A stretch of DNA of 64,000 bases from an uncultured delta proteobacterium. Its GTDB lineage: Bacteria > Myxococcota_A > UBA9160 > SMWR01. Of this stretch, positions 10,335 through 25,953 are shown piece by piece (the stretch's first letter is position 1; each line of letters opens with the position of its first letter). Under the pieces are notes generated by a model. The model was not told where the DNA came from and made no database searches. It saw only the letters and a program-made list of their open reading frames with translations. The stretch lies in assembly GCA_963832165.1 (NCBI GenBank), contig CAWHTE010000011.1:320001-384000 (forward strand). Direction: 5' to 3'. The translations under genes were made by a program, and so were the position numbers.

Positions 10335-10535
10335 CTAATGTCGATCGATGTCGATCGTCTGCTTCGGGCCGCCACTGCTGACCGCGAACATGATGCCGAG
10401 CCCGAGCGCGATGAGTACGCCGATCGCGGTCCAGGTGGCACCGATCTGGGCAAGGATGCCCGCTTGCCAGAGCGCGGCGATGATGCCGATCACCACGACC
10501 AGGTAGCCGATGAAGAAGATGCTCATCCGATTCAT
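10335..10535 (-). CDS. Small two-TM membrane protein
   Basis: 66 aa, two hydrophobic helices; coupled to the leuD stop. Confidence 0.65.
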   Translation of the reverse strand: MNRMSIFFIGYLVVVIGIIAALWQAGILAQIGATWTAIGVLIALGLGIMFAVSSGGPKQTIDIDRH

Positions 10536-11140
10536 GGCCGGGCCTCACGAAATTCCGATACGTACGCGAGCCGCTCCGCGGTGCGCTCGATCGCGTCACC
10601 CGCGTCGAGCAGCACCGCGGTCGCGTTCCAGCTGCCAGCGAGCAGCTGGTCGCGTGTGCCGTCGGGAATCTGCGCGTCGAAGGTGCCGACGTCGCAGGTC
10701 ACGCTGCGCGCCGCGACGTCGATCGTGAGCTTCTGCGCGGGGCGCGCCTCAACCGCGTTCATGAGCGCGTCGAGATCAGCGAGCTCGAGCACGAGGCAGG
10801 GCAGCCCCAGCGCGGTGCAGTTGCCCGCGAAGATCTCCGCGAACGAGCCGCCTATGAACGCCTCGAAGCCGCGCCGCATGAGCGACTGCGGCGCGTGCTC
10901 GCGCGACGAGCCGCAGCCGAAGTTGCGGCCCACGATCAGGATGTTCGCGCCCGTGAAGCGCTCGTCGTCGAACGCGTGGTCGCCCTTGGCCTGGATGCGG
11001 TCGTCTTCGAACGCGTGCTCGCCGAGCCCATCGAACACGACGCAGCGCAGGAAGCGCGCGGGGATGATCCGATCGGTGTCGATGTCGTCGCCGCGCAGCA
11101 CGCAGCCGCGGCCCGTGACGCGCTCGACCGCTGTAGCCAT
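10532..11140 (-). CDS. leuD: 3-isopropylmalate dehydratase small subunit
   Basis: [34 protein letters not shown]. Confidence 0.96.
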   Translation of the reverse strand: MATAVERVTGRGCVLRGDDIDTDRIIPARFLRCVVFDGLGEHAFEDDRIQAKGDHAFDDERFTGANILIVGRNFGCGSSREHAPQSLMRRGFEAFIGGSFAEIFAGNCTALGLPCLVLELADLDALMNAVEARPAQKLTIDVAARSVTCDVGTFDAQIPDGTRDQLLAGSWNATAVLLDAGDAIERTAERLAYVSEFREARP

Positions 11141-12551
11141 CTAGAGGATCTCCCGCACGTCGGCGACGGCGCCGCGGATCGCGGCCGCAGCGACCATCGC
11201 GGGCGACATGAGCAGCGTGCGCCCGGTCGGCGAGCCCTGGCGCCCCTTGAAGTTGCGGTTGGAGGACGACGCGCACAGCTCGCGCCCGACCAGCTTGTCG
11301 GGGTTCATCGCGAGACACATCGAGCAGCCCGGCTCGCGCCAATCGAAGCCCGCGCTGCGGAAGATCTCGGGCAGACCCTCCTCCTCGGCCTGTCGCTGCG
11401 ACCGCCTGCGAGCCCGGCACCACGAGCGCGCGCACGCCCGGCCGGACCTTGCCCGTGCGCGCGACGCGCGCGGCCTCGCGCAGGTCGCTGATCCGGCCGT
11501 TCGTGCACGAGCCGATGAAGCACACGTCCACGGCGGTGCCGACGAGCGGCTCGCCCGGGCGCAGCATCATGTAGCCGTACGCCTCTTCCGCGGACGCGCG
11601 CTCGTCGTCGGGGAGATCGGACAGGCGCGGCAGCGCCTCGTCGACGGCCACGCTCTGGCCCGGGTTGATGCCCCAGGTCACCGAAGGAGCGAGCCGCGCG
11701 CCGTCGAGCTCGACGCGGTCGGCATAATGCGCGCCGGAATCGGACGCCGTCGACTTCCACCAGCGCGCCGCGCGCTCGAACGCCTCGCCCTTCGGCGCGA
11801 ACTCCCGCCCGCGCAGGTACGCGACCGTGGTGTCGTCGGGATTCACGTAGCCGCAGCGCGCGCCGCCTTCGATCGACATGTTGCAGACGGTCAGGCGCTC
11901 CTCGATCGAGAACGCGTCGATCACGGGGCCCGCGTATTCGTACGCATAACCCACGCCGCCGTTTACGCCGAGCTCGCGGATGATCGAGAGGATCACGTCC
12001 TTGGCGTAGACACCCGCGGCGAGCTTGCCCGTCACCTCGATCCGGCGCGTCTTCGGGCGCACGAGCAGCAGGCATTGCGTGGCGAGCACGTCGCGCACCT
12101 GCGAGGTGCCGATACCGAATGCGACCGCGCCGAATGCGCCGTGCGTGGAGGTGTGGCTGTCGCCGCACGCGATCGTCATGCCGGGCTGGGTGAGGCCGAG
12201 CTCGGGCCCGATCACGTGCACGATCCCCTGGTGGCCCGACGCCGCGTCGAACAGCCGGATGCCGTTGCTGCGCGTGTTCTCTTCGAGCGCGACCATCATC
12301 TCTTCGGCGAGCGCGTCGGCGAGCGGGCGGCGCTGCGTGTGGGTCGGGATGATGTGGTCGACGGTGGCGAACGTGCGCTCGGGGAAGCGCACGGGAAGCT
12401 TCATCTCGCGCAATCCCGCGAAGGCCTGAGGGCTCGTGACCTCGTGGATCAGGTGCAGCCCGATGAACAGCTGCGTCTGGCCGGTCGGAAGCTCGCGCAC
12501 CGTGTGCGCGTCCCAGACCTTGTCGAGCAGGCTCTTGGCGGGGGGGGCCAT
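11141..12551 (-). CDS. leuC: 3-isopropylmalate dehydratase large subunit (frameshift near 11395, probably a sequencing error)
   Basis: [43 protein letters not shown]-terminus ([17 protein letters not shown]) in another frame. Confidence 0.93.
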
Positions 12552-12614
12552 CTGGTGACGGTTAGCACAGCGCGCCAGCGCTTCGGCGCTGCCGAATTTC
12601 CTATGCTGCGGCTC

Positions 12615-13280
12615 ATGGATCTCCTCTACACCGCACACATTCCGGCCGGCGACGGCCCGTTCCCGACGGTCTTCCTGCTGCACGGCTGGGGAGCGAGCGC
12701 GCACGATCTGATCGGCCTCGCGCCGATCCTGCACGGCGGGCGCGCGCTCGTGCTGTGTCCGCAGGGGCCGGTCGCTCTACAGCCCGGGCCCGGCATGATC
12801 GGATACGGCTGGTTCCCGCTCGAGCCGGGCCGCCCGCCCGATCCCACGGCGATCCGCATGGCGCAGGGCCTGCTCGAGATCTTCTTGAACGAGGCGTGTC
12901 AGAAGTATCCGGTCGACCCGAGCAAGCTCGTGCTCGCGGGCTTCTCGCAGGGCGGCTTCATGGCCTATCAGATCGCGCTCTCCGATCCCGCGCGCTTCGC
13001 GGGCCTCATGGCGCTCTCGTCGTGGCTGCCCGCCGAGATCGCGGAAATGATCGTGCCGCAGCCCGCGCACGAACGGCTCCAGACGCTCGTGATCCATGGC
13101 TCGAAGGATCCCATGGTGTCGATCGACCGCGCCTACGCCTCGCGCGATGCGCTCTTGCGCCTCCAGGTGCCGACCGTGTTCCGCGAGTACGAGATGGGGC
13201 ACGAGATCCGGCCCGAGGCGCTGCGCGAGATCGTCGGCTGGCTCGAGCAGAAGGTATTCTCGCCAGTCGCATTGGCCTGA
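12615..13280 (+). CDS. Phospholipase/carboxylesterase (alpha/beta hydrolase)
   Basis: [25 protein letters not shown]. Confidence 0.9.
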   Translation: MDLLYTAHIPAGDGPFPTVFLLHGWGASAHDLIGLAPILHGGRALVLCPQGPVALQPGPGMIGYGWFPLEPGRPPDPTAIRMAQGLLEIFLNEACQKYPVDPSKLVLAGFSQGGFMAYQIALSDPARFAGLMALSSWLPAEIAEMIVPQPAHERLQTLVIHGSKDPMVSIDRAYASRDALLRLQVPTVFREYEMGHEIRPEALREIVGWLEQKVFSPVALA

Positions 13281-13313
13281 TTCCACCGCGCCGGGTTACG
13301 CTGCGCGGCCGGC

Positions 13314-13389
13314 CGGGGTGTAGCTCAGCGGCCAGAGCCTGATCTTTGGGAGGTCAGCGTCGTGGGTTCGAATCCCACCACCCCGACCA
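13314..13389 (+). tRNA. tRNA-Pro (TGG)
   Basis: Cloverleaf: CGGGGTG/CACCCCG acceptor stem, TGATC-TTTGGGA-GGTCA anticodon arm, GTGGG-TTCGAAT-CCCAC T arm, encoded CCA. Confidence 0.95.
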
Positions 13390-13408
13390 TCGCTCGATCG
13401 CGCCGGGC

Positions 13409-14245
13409 TCAATGGCCCGCAGCGCGATCCGAGGCGCGAGCGGCTTCGATTCCGTGACTTCGGAGCTTTTCGCGGATCGCGAAGTTGAGCTCGCTCTTGA
13501 GTCGTGCCTCGCCCTGGAGGTACTGGGTGCTCCAGACCTGAAGCGCGAAGTGCAGTCCGTTGCGGAGGTCGAGCAGCTCGACCTCCGGCGGGGGATCGCT
13601 CAGCACGTTCCGATGCTCGGACGCCACCTCGAGCAGCAGCCCGCGCATGACCTCGGTATCCGTGTCCCAATGCACCCTCACGCGCACGATGAAAGCCGTG
13701 AGCTGGCCGGTATGGCTCCAGTTCGTGACGCGCTCGGAGATGAACTGGGAGTTCGGAACGATCACGGCGATGTTCTCCTCGGTCACGATCGTGGTCGCAC
13801 GGGCGCCGATACGTTGGACCTCCCCGCTGATGCTGCCGATATCGACCCGGTCGCCGACCTTGATCGGGCGCTCGATCAGGATGATCAACCCGGAGACGAA
13901 GTTGCTCGTGACGTTCTGCAGCCCGAACCCGAGCCCTACGCCGACGGCCCCCGCCAGCACCGCGAGCGCACTGAGGTCGATGCCGACGGCCTCGAGGATG
14001 AACACCACCCCGATCGTCGCCACCGCATAACGCACCAGGGTGCCCACGGCGAGCTGTACGCCCTTGTCGAGGTGTCGTCGCGCCAATAGCGAATCGACCA
14101 CCCAACGCGTGACCCGCCGGTTGAAGTAGAACAGAACCGTCAGCAGGATCGCGAGAACGATCAGCTTTCCGAACGTGAAGGGCGTGCCCGGAATGCCGAA
14201 GGAGAGAATCTCGCGCGCCTGGAGCGCGACTGTTTCCGGGTCCAT
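13409..14245 (-). CDS. Small-conductance mechanosensitive channel (MscS family)
   Basis: GVGLGFGLQNVTSNFVSG, RPIKVGD, IVPNS. Confidence 0.92.
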   Translation of the reverse strand: MDPETVALQAREILSFGIPGTPFTFGKLIVLAILLTVLFYFNRRVTRWVVDSLLARRHLDKGVQLAVGTLVRYAVATIGVVFILEAVGIDLSALAVLAGAVGVGLGFGLQNVTSNFVSGLIILIERPIKVGDRVDIGSISGEVQRIGARATTIVTEENIAVIVPNSQFISERVTNWSHTGQLTAFIVRVRVHWDTDTEVMRGLLLEVASEHRNVLSDPPPEVELLDLRNGLHFALQVWSTQYLQGEARLKSELNFAIREKLRSHGIEAARASDRAAGH

Positions 14246-14254
14246 CCGTCCAGA

Positions 14255-15301
14255 CTAGCCGAGATCGTGCTCGCGGTTGCGCTTGAGCTCGCGGTTGTGA
14301 CGTACCGAGTCGAGGAACGCGAGCCCGATGAACGCCGCGCCGATCATCCCGGTGACGCCCTCGGGAACGTGCAGGAGCGTCTTCAGGAACATGATGATGG
14401 CCAGGGAGCCGATCGCGTAGAACGCGCCGTGGGCGAGGTAGCGGTACTCGGTCAGCGCGTCCTTCTCCACGAGCATCAGGGTGAGGCTCCGGACGAACAT
14501 CGCGCCGATCCCGAGCCCGATCGCGATGATGAAGATGTTGCTCGTGAGGGCGAGTGCGCCGATCACGCCGTCGAAGCTGAAGCTCGCGTCGAGGACCTCG
14601 AGATAGAGGAACGATGCGAGACCGGATCGGGCCACCATGCCGTCCACGGCCAGGCGCGGCGAGAGCAACGCGGCGAGGCCGTCGACGGCGATGTACGTCA
14701 CGAGCCCGAACATGCCGGCGACCAGGAACGTGCTGCGATGATCCTCGGGCAGCTGGCTGCCGATCAGCCACAGGAGCACGAGCACGAGCCCGATCTCGAC
14801 CGCTTCGATGCGGCCGAGGCGCGATAGCGGACGCTCGATCACCGCGATCCAGTGCTGGTCCTTCTCGACGTCGAAGAAGTGCTTCAGGCCGACCATGGCG
14901 AGAAACGAGCCGCCGAATGCCGAGACCGGCACCTCGGCACTCGAGAGGTGCTGCGAGTACGCCTCCCCATCGGTGGCCGCCAGGTAGAGCGCCTCGAACG
15001 GACCGATCCACGCGATCAACGCGACGATCACGATGGGGAACACGATCCGCATGCCGAACACGGCGATCGCGATGCCCCAGGTGAGGAAGCGGCGCCGCCA
15101 CACGGGGTCCATCCCGGTGAGCACGGTCGCGTTGACGACTGCGTTGTCGAACGAGAGCGAGATCTCGAGGATGCTCAGCACTGCCACGATGAATACGGTC
15201 GTGACGGTCCCGGCGACCGTTCCCGTGGATTGCCATCCGAGCGCGGCGCCCGCGATCAACCCCACGAGCGTTACCAGGAGGGAGCCACGGAAGTAGCGCA
15301 T
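14255..15301 (-). CDS. DUF475 / TerC-family integral membrane protein
   Basis: [32 protein letters not shown]. Confidence 0.9.
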   Translation of the reverse strand: MRYFRGSLLVTLVGLIAGAALGWQSTGTVAGTVTTVFIVAVLSILEISLSFDNAVVNATVLTGMDPVWRRRFLTWGIAIAVFGMRIVFPIVIVALIAWIGPFEALYLAATDGEAYSQHLSSAEVPVSAFGGSFLAMVGLKHFFDVEKDQHWIAVIERPLSRLGRIEAVEIGLVLVLLWLIGSQLPEDHRSTFLVAGMFGLVTYIAVDGLAALLSPRLAVDGMVARSGLASFLYLEVLDASFSFDGVIGALALTSNIFIIAIGLGIGAMFVRSLTLMLVEKDALTEYRYLAHGAFYAIGSLAIIMFLKTLLHVPEGVTGMIGAAFIGLAFLDSVRHNRELKRNREHDLG

Positions 15302-15452
15302 CGTGGGCACGGCATTCACCACGGAGCAGAGGGTTGGGACGGGCAGGGTCGAACCGGCCGGCATGGTACACGGCCATTTCCGCGAGCAGACGAGAATTCA
15401 TTTCGCGTATTCTTCTCGGGTGGCGCATCCCCCCCTTCGGCCCGAGGCGCCG

Positions 15453-19064
<3,612 letters not shown>

Positions 19065-19068
<4 letters not shown>

Positions 19069-20069
19069 TCCGCGCCGTGCGTTATGTGAGCGCGGAGGGT
19101 CGCGCCGAGACGCTCGCCCCCGACCAGCTCGAAGCGGCGCTGGCCGAGGGCAAGGATCCGCTCTGGGTCGACTTCGGGCTTCCGAGCCCGGAAGAGACGG
19201 ATCTCTTGACGTCGCTGTTCCACTTCCATCCGCTCGCGATCGCCGACTGCTTCGACCGCCGCCATGCGCCCAAGGCCGAGCAGTATGGCGACACGCTGTT
19301 CCTGATCGTGCACGGACCCGACACCGCGGAGGGCGCGGAGACCGGCTCGCGCATGCTCGCAGCGTTCGTGCGGCCGGAGCTGCTCGTGACGGTGCGCCTG
19401 GTTCCGATGGTCTGGGTCGGCGAGGTGCAGGAGCTCGCGCGCTCGCAGCCGCGCGAGGTGTTCCGCGAAGGCGTGAGCCACGTCTTCTACGCGATCTTCG
19501 ATCGCATGGTGAACCAGTACCTCTCGTTCGTGGAGCGCATCAACGAGCGCATCGATCAGCTCGAGGAGGAGGTGCTCGCGGGCCACTCGGCCGATCTGCT
19601 CCAGCGCGTGCAGGCCACGCGTCAGGACGTGCTGCGGCTGCGCCGGCTCCTCACGCCGCAGCGCAGCGTGGCCGCGCAGCTCGCGCGCGGCGACTTCCCG
19701 CAGATCCCACCGACCGCCCGCTACTTCTTCCGCAACGTCCACGACCATCTCACGCACGTCTACGAGGAGCTCGATCTCGAGCGCGAGGGACTGGCGGCGG
19801 TGCGAGACGCCCACCTCTCGGTGCTGTCGAATCGCATGAACGAGCTCAGCCTCGAGACCAACCGCGTGATGAAGATCCTCGCGATGCTCTCGACGGTGAT
19901 GCTCCCGATCGGGCTCGTGACGGGAATCTTCGGCATGAACTTCGACTTCCTGCCCGGACTGCAGCACCCCTGGGGTCCCGCGCTCTCGGTGGGGCTGATC
20001 GTGATCCTGATCGGCGCGCTCGTGGCGTTCTACCGCTGGGCGGGCTGGCTCGGAGGCGACGGGTCGTGA
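19065..20069 (+). CDS. corA: CorA-family Mg2+/Co2+ transporter
   Basis: [22 protein letters not shown] signature, two C-terminal TMs. Confidence 0.9.
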
Positions 20070-20944
20070 CGCGCGTGCTGATCGCCGAGGACAGCCCGAC
20101 CCAGGCGCGCGAGATCCAGTTCCTGCTCGAGGACGCGGCGTTCGAAGTCGAGATCAGCGCGAACGGAGCGCGCGCGCTCGAAGCGATCGAGCGCCGCGCG
20201 CCCGACCTGGTGCTCACCGACCTTCAGATGCCCGAGATGAACGGTCTCGCGCTCGTCGAAGCCGTGCGCAGCCGCTTCGCCTCGGTGCCCGTCGTGCTGA
20301 TGACCGCGCACGGCAGCGAGGACATCGCGGTCGAGGCGCTGCGTCGCGGCGCGGCGAGCTACGTGCCCAAGCGCCGGCTCGACCCCGACCTCGTCCCCAA
20401 GTTGCGCGAGGTCCTGTCGCTCTCGGGGGCGAGCCTCTCCCAGCAGCGGCTGCTGGATTGCCTCATGGAGAGCGAGTCGTGCTTCGAGCTCGACAATGAT
20501 CCGGATCTGATCCCGCCGCTGATCCGCCAGCTCCAGGAGACGATGAAGCAGCTGCATCTGTGCGACGAGACAGGCCAGATCCGCGTCGGCGTCGCGCTGC
20601 AGGAGGCGCTCGTCAACGCGATGCACCACGGCAACCTCGAGCTCGGCTCTGCGGTCGGCGCGGGAAGCCACTCCGTGCAGGAGCTCGCGGCGATGCGGCG
20701 CCAGCAGGCTCCCTATGGGCAGCGGCGTGTGTTCGTGAGCGCGCGCGTCTCGCGCGAGCGGGCGACCTACGTGATCCGCGACGAGGGCCCCGGCTTCGAC
20801 ACGCGCGCGCTCCCCGACCCGCGCGATGCCAAGAACCTCGACGACGCGACCGCGCGGGGGATGTTCCTGATCCGCACGTTCATGGACGAGGTCCGCCACA
20901 ACGAGCGCGGCAACGAGATCCGCCTGGTCAAGCTGCGCGAATAG
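20066..20944 (+). CDS. Response regulator with C-terminal RsbW-like (HATPase_c_2) domain
   Basis: REC (IAEDS, TDLQMP, YVPK) then [31 protein letters not shown]. Confidence 0.85.
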   Translation: MTRVLIAEDSPTQAREIQFLLEDAAFEVEISANGARALEAIERRAPDLVLTDLQMPEMNGLALVEAVRSRFASVPVVLMTAHGSEDIAVEALRRGAASYVPKRRLDPDLVPKLREVLSLSGASLSQQRLLDCLMESESCFELDNDPDLIPPLIRQLQETMKQLHLCDETGQIRVGVALQEALVNAMHHGNLELGSAVGAGSHSVQELAAMRRQQAPYGQRRVFVSARVSRERATYVIRDEGPGFDTRALPDPRDAKNLDDATARGMFLIRTFMDEVRHNERGNEIRLVKLRE

Positions 20945-20950
20945 CGGATC

Positions 20951-21982
20951 CTAGGCGGAGGCGCGCCGAACGCGCTCGATGATCGCGTCGGCGAACGCGC
21001 GCGTGCCGAGCGTACCGCCCACGTCGCGCGTCTTCGCACCCTCGCGCAGCGCGGAATCGTACGCGCTGCGGATGCGCGCTCCCGTCTCGCGATAGCGCGG
21101 ATCGCGATCCGTGTCGGCGAGGTGGTTCAGCATCATCACTGCGCTCATGAGCAGCGCGAGCGGATTGGCGAGGTCCTGGCCTGCGATGTCGGGTGCGGAG
21201 CCGTGCACGGCCTCGAACACGGCGGCCTCGTCGCCGAAGTTCGCGCCCGGCGTCACGCCGAGTCCGCCGACCAGGCCCGCGCACAGATCGGAGACGACGT
21301 CGCCGTACAGGTTCTCGCACAAGAGCACGTCGAACGCGGAGGGGTCCTGTACGAGCTTCATGCAGCCGGCGTCGATGATCCGCTCGTCGTAGACGACGTC
21401 GCTGCCCGCGAACGCGTCGCGCGCGCAGGCGAGGAAGAGCCCGTCGGTCTTCTTCATGATGTTGGCCTTGTGGAACGCGGTGACGCGCTTGCGGCCGCGG
21501 CTCTTCGCGTAGTCGAGTGCGAAGCGCGCGATCCGGCGGCAAGCGCGCTCGGTCGCCACCTTGAGCGACGTGACCACGCCCTCCGTGATCACGTTCTCGA
21601 TGCCCGAGTAGAGTCCCTCGGTATTCTCGCGCACGATCACGAGGTCGACGCCGTCGAAACGGCTCGCCACGCCGGGCAGGTTGCGCACGGGGCGCACCGC
21701 CGCGTAGAGCTCGAGCTGCTTGCGCAGCGCGACGTTCACCGACGAGAAGCCTTCGCCGATCGGCGTCGTGCACGGGCCCTTCAGCGCGACGCGGTGGCGG
21801 CGGATCGCTTCGCACGTGGCCGCGGGCAGCACCTCGGTGGCTCCGGCCTCGAGCGCAGCGATGCCGGCTTGCTGGCGGTCCCACTCGATCCCCGCTCCGG
21901 CCGCGTCGAGTACGCGCTCCACCGCGTCGCACACCTCGGGGCCGATGCCGTCACCAGGGATCAGTACGCACGTCCGGGCCAC
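20951..21982 (-). CDS. Isocitrate/isopropylmalate dehydrogenase family (NAD-IDH-like)
   Basis: IPGDGIGPE, ALKGP, RENTEGLY, NLYGDVVSDL, FEAVHGSAPDIAG. Confidence 0.9.
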   Translation of the reverse strand: MARTCVLIPGDGIGPEVCDAVERVLDAAGAGIEWDRQQAGIAALEAGATEVLPAATCEAIRRHRVALKGPCTTPIGEGFSSVNVALRKQLELYAAVRPVRNLPGVASRFDGVDLVIVRENTEGLYSGIENVITEGVVTSLKVATERACRRIARFALDYAKSRGRKRVTAFHKANIMKKTDGLFLACARDAFAGSDVVYDERIIDAGCMKLVQDPSAFDVLLCENLYGDVVSDLCAGLVGGLGVTPGANFGDEAAVFEAVHGSAPDIAGQDLANPLALLMSAVMMLNHLADTDRDPRYRETGARIRSAYDSALREGAKTRDVGGTLGTRAFADAIIERVRRASA

Positions 21983-22089
21983 GGGGCGATTCCTCGTACG
22001 GTTACGAGGCGAAAGTTAGGTAGGTCGGCGCCCCGATGCGACAGGACTCGGAGCGCCGAGGTACGTCCGCGCGCAGCTGGCTGATCTGA

Positions 22090-22109
22090 CATCCACGGAT
22101 CCGGGGAAA
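22090..22109. promoter_or_regulatory. Island 20-bp palindromic box upstream of ftsH
   Basis: CATCCA-CG-GATC-CG-GGGAAA. Confidence 0.55.
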
Positions 22110-22186
22110 TCGCGCGTAAAGGGTGCTGAGTCGAGGTGGACTGCCGACTCGGAGAGCTTCAAAACCGCTATCCATAGGGCATTACG

Positions 22187-24131
22187 ATGGCCGACCTGCC
22201 TCCTCGCGATTCGCGGCCCAAGGACTCGAAGCAAGCGATCCCGCGGCCGCGGTCCTGGTGGTTGCTCGCCCTGATCGCCATGTCGGCCAACTATCTGCTG
22301 ATGCGAGCGTGCTTTCCCGAGCCGTCCTCGATCACGCATCCCCTACAGCCTCTTCAAGGCGCAGGTCGCGGCGGGCAACGTCGAGGGTGTCACCAGCCTG
22401 GGCGACTCGATCCAAGGCACCTTCAAGGCGGAGGTCACCTACCCGGCGAAGCCTCTGCCGGCGCCCGAAGTGCCGGAACCGCGCGCGCCAGCATGGTTGC
22501 GGCCCGGTGCGCTCGAGCCACGCACCTCCAAGCGGTTCGAAACCCAGCGGCCGGCCTTCGCCGAGCCGGGTCTCGAAACGCTGCTCGAGGAGAAGGGCGT
22601 GGTCATCCAGGCCCGGGACGAGAGCGGCGGCTCGTGGTTCAAGCTGTTGATCGGATTCGGGCCCACGCTGCTGCTGATCGCCGCCTTCGTGCTGCTCGCG
22701 CGCCGGGCAGCGGCATCCGGCGGGGGCGGGATGTTCAGCCTCGGCCGCAGCCGCGCCAAGCGCTACAGCGAGGAGCAGCCGAAGGTCACCTTCGACGATG
22801 TCGCCGGTATCGACGAAGCCGAGAACGAGATCGTGGAGATCGTCGACTTCCTGAAGAGCCCCGCGAAGTACCAGCGGCTTGGCGGGATGATGCCGAAAGG
22901 CGTGCTGTTGATCGGTGCGCCCGGAACCGGCAAGACGCTGCTGGCGCGCGCGATCGCTGGAGAGGCGGGCGTCCCCTTCTTCAGCCTGAGCGCGTCCGAG
23001 TTCATCGAAATGATCGTCGGCGTCGGCGCGTCGCGCGTGCGCGACTTGTTCCGGCAGGCCCGGGAGGCCGCGCCCTCGATCATCTTCATCGACGAGCTGG
23101 ATGCGATCGGTCGCGCTCGCGGCAGCGGCGCGGGGCTCGGCGGCCACGACGAGCGCGAGCAGACCCTGAACCAGATCCTGACGGAGATGGACGGCTTCGA
23201 CTCTCGCGAAGGCGTCATCGTGCTCGCCGCCACCAACCGGGCCGACGTGCTGGACGCGGCGCTGTTGCGGCCGGGCCGATTCGACCGGCGCGTCGTCGTG
23301 CAGCTGCCCGACCGCGCGGGTCGCGCCGCCATTCTCGAGGTTCACACCCGGCACGTCCCGTTGGCGCCGGACGTCTCCCTCGAGCGCATCGCGGCCGAGA
23401 CACCCGGCCTCGTCGGCGCCGAGCTGCGCAACCTCGTCAACGAGGCGGCGCTGCTGGCGGCGCGCAAGGACACGAGCGCGGTCCGCGCCGAGGACTTTGC
23501 GGAGGCGCTCCAGAAGATCACCCTCGGACCGGTCCGCCACATCCTGCTCAATCCCGCCGATCGCGAGCGCACCGCCTACCACGAGGCGGGCCACGCTCTG
23601 CTCGGGCTGCTCGTGCCCGGCAGTGATCCGGTTCACCGCGTCTCGATCGTGCCGCGCGGCATGTCGCTCGGGGCGACCTGGCAGCTTCCCGTCGACGATC
23701 GGACCAGCTATGGCGAGGACTACCTGAAGGCGCGCATCACCAGCGCCCTCGGCGGCCGGGCGGCCGAGCGGCTCGTCTACGGCGTGGTGACGACGGGCGC
23801 CGAGAACGACCTCCAGCAGGTCACGGAGATCGCCCGCCGGATGGTGCTGCGCTGGGGGATGAGCGAGAAGCTCGGCCCGATCAGCTTCGTCGCGCCGCAG
23901 GACGAGGGCCTGCCGCCGGCCTTCCAGCACCAGCCGTACAGCGAGGCGACCTCAGAGACGATCGACGCCGAGGTCCGCCGCATCGTCGAGGAGTGTCACG
24001 GCGAAGCCGAACGACTGCTGACCGAGCACCGCGAGCAGCTCGAAGCGCTCGCCAAGGCGTTGCTCCAGGCGGAATCTCTCGACGAGCACGAGATCCGAAA
24101 GGCCACCGGCCTGGAAGCAACGCCCGCTTAG
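22187..24131 (+). CDS. ftsH: ATP-dependent zinc metalloprotease FtsH (frameshift near 22337)
   Basis: Walker [32 protein letters not shown]-terminal TM segment in another frame. Confidence 0.92.
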
Positions 24132-24169
24132 GCGCTCGATCGATGTGGGGCTAGCGTCAGCGCCTGGTG

Positions 24170-24334
24170 CTAGTCGATCGCCTCACCGATATCTTCACCC
24201 GCCTCTTCGACCGCGTCACCGGCGTCCTCCGCAGCGTCCTCGACCTTATCTCCGATGGTCTTCTCCCGCTGCGGACATCCCGCCAGCACGCCGATCACAC
24301 CGATCCCCGCCATCACCTTGATCCAGGATCTCAT
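24170..24334 (-). CDS. Small acidic lipoprotein, 54 aa (copy 1)
   Basis: MRSWIKVMAGIGVIGVLAGC-PQREKTIGDKVEDAAEDAGDAVEEAGEDIGEAID; lipobox LAGC; AGGAG RBS; not in the ORF track. Confidence 0.8.
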   Translation of the reverse strand: MRSWIKVMAGIGVIGVLAGCPQREKTIGDKVEDAAEDAGDAVEEAGEDIGEAID

Positions 24335-24364
24335 TTCGTTCTCCTGTTAGGGAGGTAGTTTGCA

Positions 24365-24426
24365 GCGATGCGGGATCCGCTCATATCGTCGACACCACGG
24401 AGAACGCGGACCAGATGCGAGGATTC
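24365..24426 (-). repeat. Copy of an ~60-90 bp noncoding leader element (also at 30304-30392 and 55097-55185)
   Basis: Shared GAATCCTC...TCTCCGTGG-TCGACGAT...C(G/A)CATCGC. Confidence 0.75.
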
Positions 24427-24465
24427 TTCGCGATTCGCTGCAATTTCCACGGTGTCGTCGCTTGG

Positions 24466-24485
24466 TATCCCGAGATCCGGGGATA
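24466..24485. promoter_or_regulatory. Island 20-bp palindromic box
   Basis: TATCCC-GA-GATC-CG-GGGATA. Confidence 0.7.
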
Positions 24486-24541
24486 TCGGCCGTCGCGTCC
24501 GGACGCCCGACGGCAAGCGGAGGCGCTCCGCCGCTGCGAAG

Positions 24542-25723
24542 CTAGGGAGCGGGGACCACCGGTTGGGGCGGCGCCTTCTCGTGCGCGAGATCGAGCGCGA
24601 GGCTGAAGACGGGCTTCTTTCCGCGGCCGGTCTCGACGACGTTCACGAGGAGCACGCCGTCCGCCGTCTTCTTTGCCCGATGGAAGTCGAAGACTACGAA
24701 TCCCTTGTGCGCGTGCGCGAACAGCGTGCCGTCGATCGAGGTTACGCCGGTGACGTTCGACGCCGCGCCGCTCACGACCACCAGGCGCGCTTCACTTCCG
24801 CCGTCGATGATCTGGAGGCTGTGGTCGTGACCGCCGACCATCGCGAGCGGCGGATTCTCCGCGAGCACCTTTCCGAGCACCTTCACCATCTCCTCGTAGT
24901 GGGGCTCGATCAGATCCTGCACGGTGTAGGCGCGGTAGTACAGCGATACACCGAGGTCGGTCCAGAATCCACGCGTGAAGCCGCCGTGCGGGCCGCCGGA
25001 GCGGATCGGATGGTGGGCGACGACAACGACGTTCTCAGAGCGGCGCTGCTCGAGCCCGTCGCGCAGGGCAGCGATGAAATCGTCCGTGCTCGCGATGCCC
25101 TCGCAGACCGGGCGCTCTGCCTCCGGCAGCAGCCACCAGTTCAGGTCCAGCGCGAGCACCGTGAGGCCGCCGGCCACCGCCTTACTGGTCCGGAGCAGCT
25201 CCACCGCAACGGGCCCGGGGCAGCCATGCTTGGGCGCAAAGGTGGCCCCGTGTGATTCGACGAACACCTGCTGATTGAGGAGCACGCCGCGGGAGCTGCG
25301 CTGAAACGTCGTCCAACCCCAATCGTGATTGCCCGGAATGAACAGCGCACGCGCGCGCGTCGCGCGGATCTGCTGCAGGAGGATCGCCTCGCCGCGCGCA
25401 CGCGCGCTTCCCGTGTACTGCAATCCGGCCGGGTAGAGATTGTCGCCGAGGAAGACCACCCCGGTGCGCTCGCGGTGCGCGTTGCTCCATTCGCCTAGCA
25501 AAGCGAGCGTGGCGTCGTCGCGGGCCGGTTCGCCAGCATCCCCGATCAGCACCAGGCGATACACCGGCTCGCTCCGGATCTCGTCGGCGTCAACGTGGCC
25601 CTCGTTGCGAAACGGGTCCCGATCGGAGCCGAAATCGATCCCGCGCAGCGGCGCGCGCCAGCACGCCAGGCCCGCGAGCGCGCATCCGGCCGCGGCAATC
25701 GCCATTGCGAATCGCCGCGCCAT
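24542..25723 (-). CDS. Calcineurin-like metallophosphoesterase lipoprotein
   Basis: GDAG, LGDNLY, PGNHDW, HHP, GHDH; lipobox LAGLAC. Confidence 0.88.
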   Translation of the reverse strand: MARRFAMAIAAAGCALAGLACWRAPLRGIDFGSDRDPFRNEGHVDADEIRSEPVYRLVLIGDAGEPARDDATLALLGEWSNAHRERTGVVFLGDNLYPAGLQYTGSARARGEAILLQQIRATRARALFIPGNHDWGWTTFQRSSRGVLLNQQVFVESHGATFAPKHGCPGPVAVELLRTSKAVAGGLTVLALDLNWWLLPEAERPVCEGIASTDDFIAALRDGLEQRRSENVVVVAHHPIRSGGPHGGFTRGFWTDLGVSLYYRAYTVQDLIEPHYEEMVKVLGKVLAENPPLAMVGGHDHSLQIIDGGSEARLVVVSGAASNVTGVTSIDGTLFAHAHKGFVVFDFHRAKKTADGVLLVNVVETGRGKKPVFSLALDLAHEKAPPQPVVPAP

Positions 25724-25953
25724 CCTCAGAACGTCCCGCCGCCCTCGCCGCCGAACTCTCGCCGCATCACGAGTGGGAGCGCTCCGGTCGAGAGGGCGAT
25801 CACGAGCACCTCGCTCACGGAGAACGATCTTGTCACGGCGAAATGCGAGCGGCGCGACATGCCGCCGTTCAACGCGGCGATCCCGGGGGTGCGGCGGACG
25901 CAGCGATCACGACGAACAGCAGCAAGACGGCGCGACTCACGAGCACGGTCGCG

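Noticed and set aside
25725..25950. Possible small ORF between the kinase-like and phosphoesterase genes
   Set aside because: The signal-like start stops early and would need a frameshift; no recognisable family
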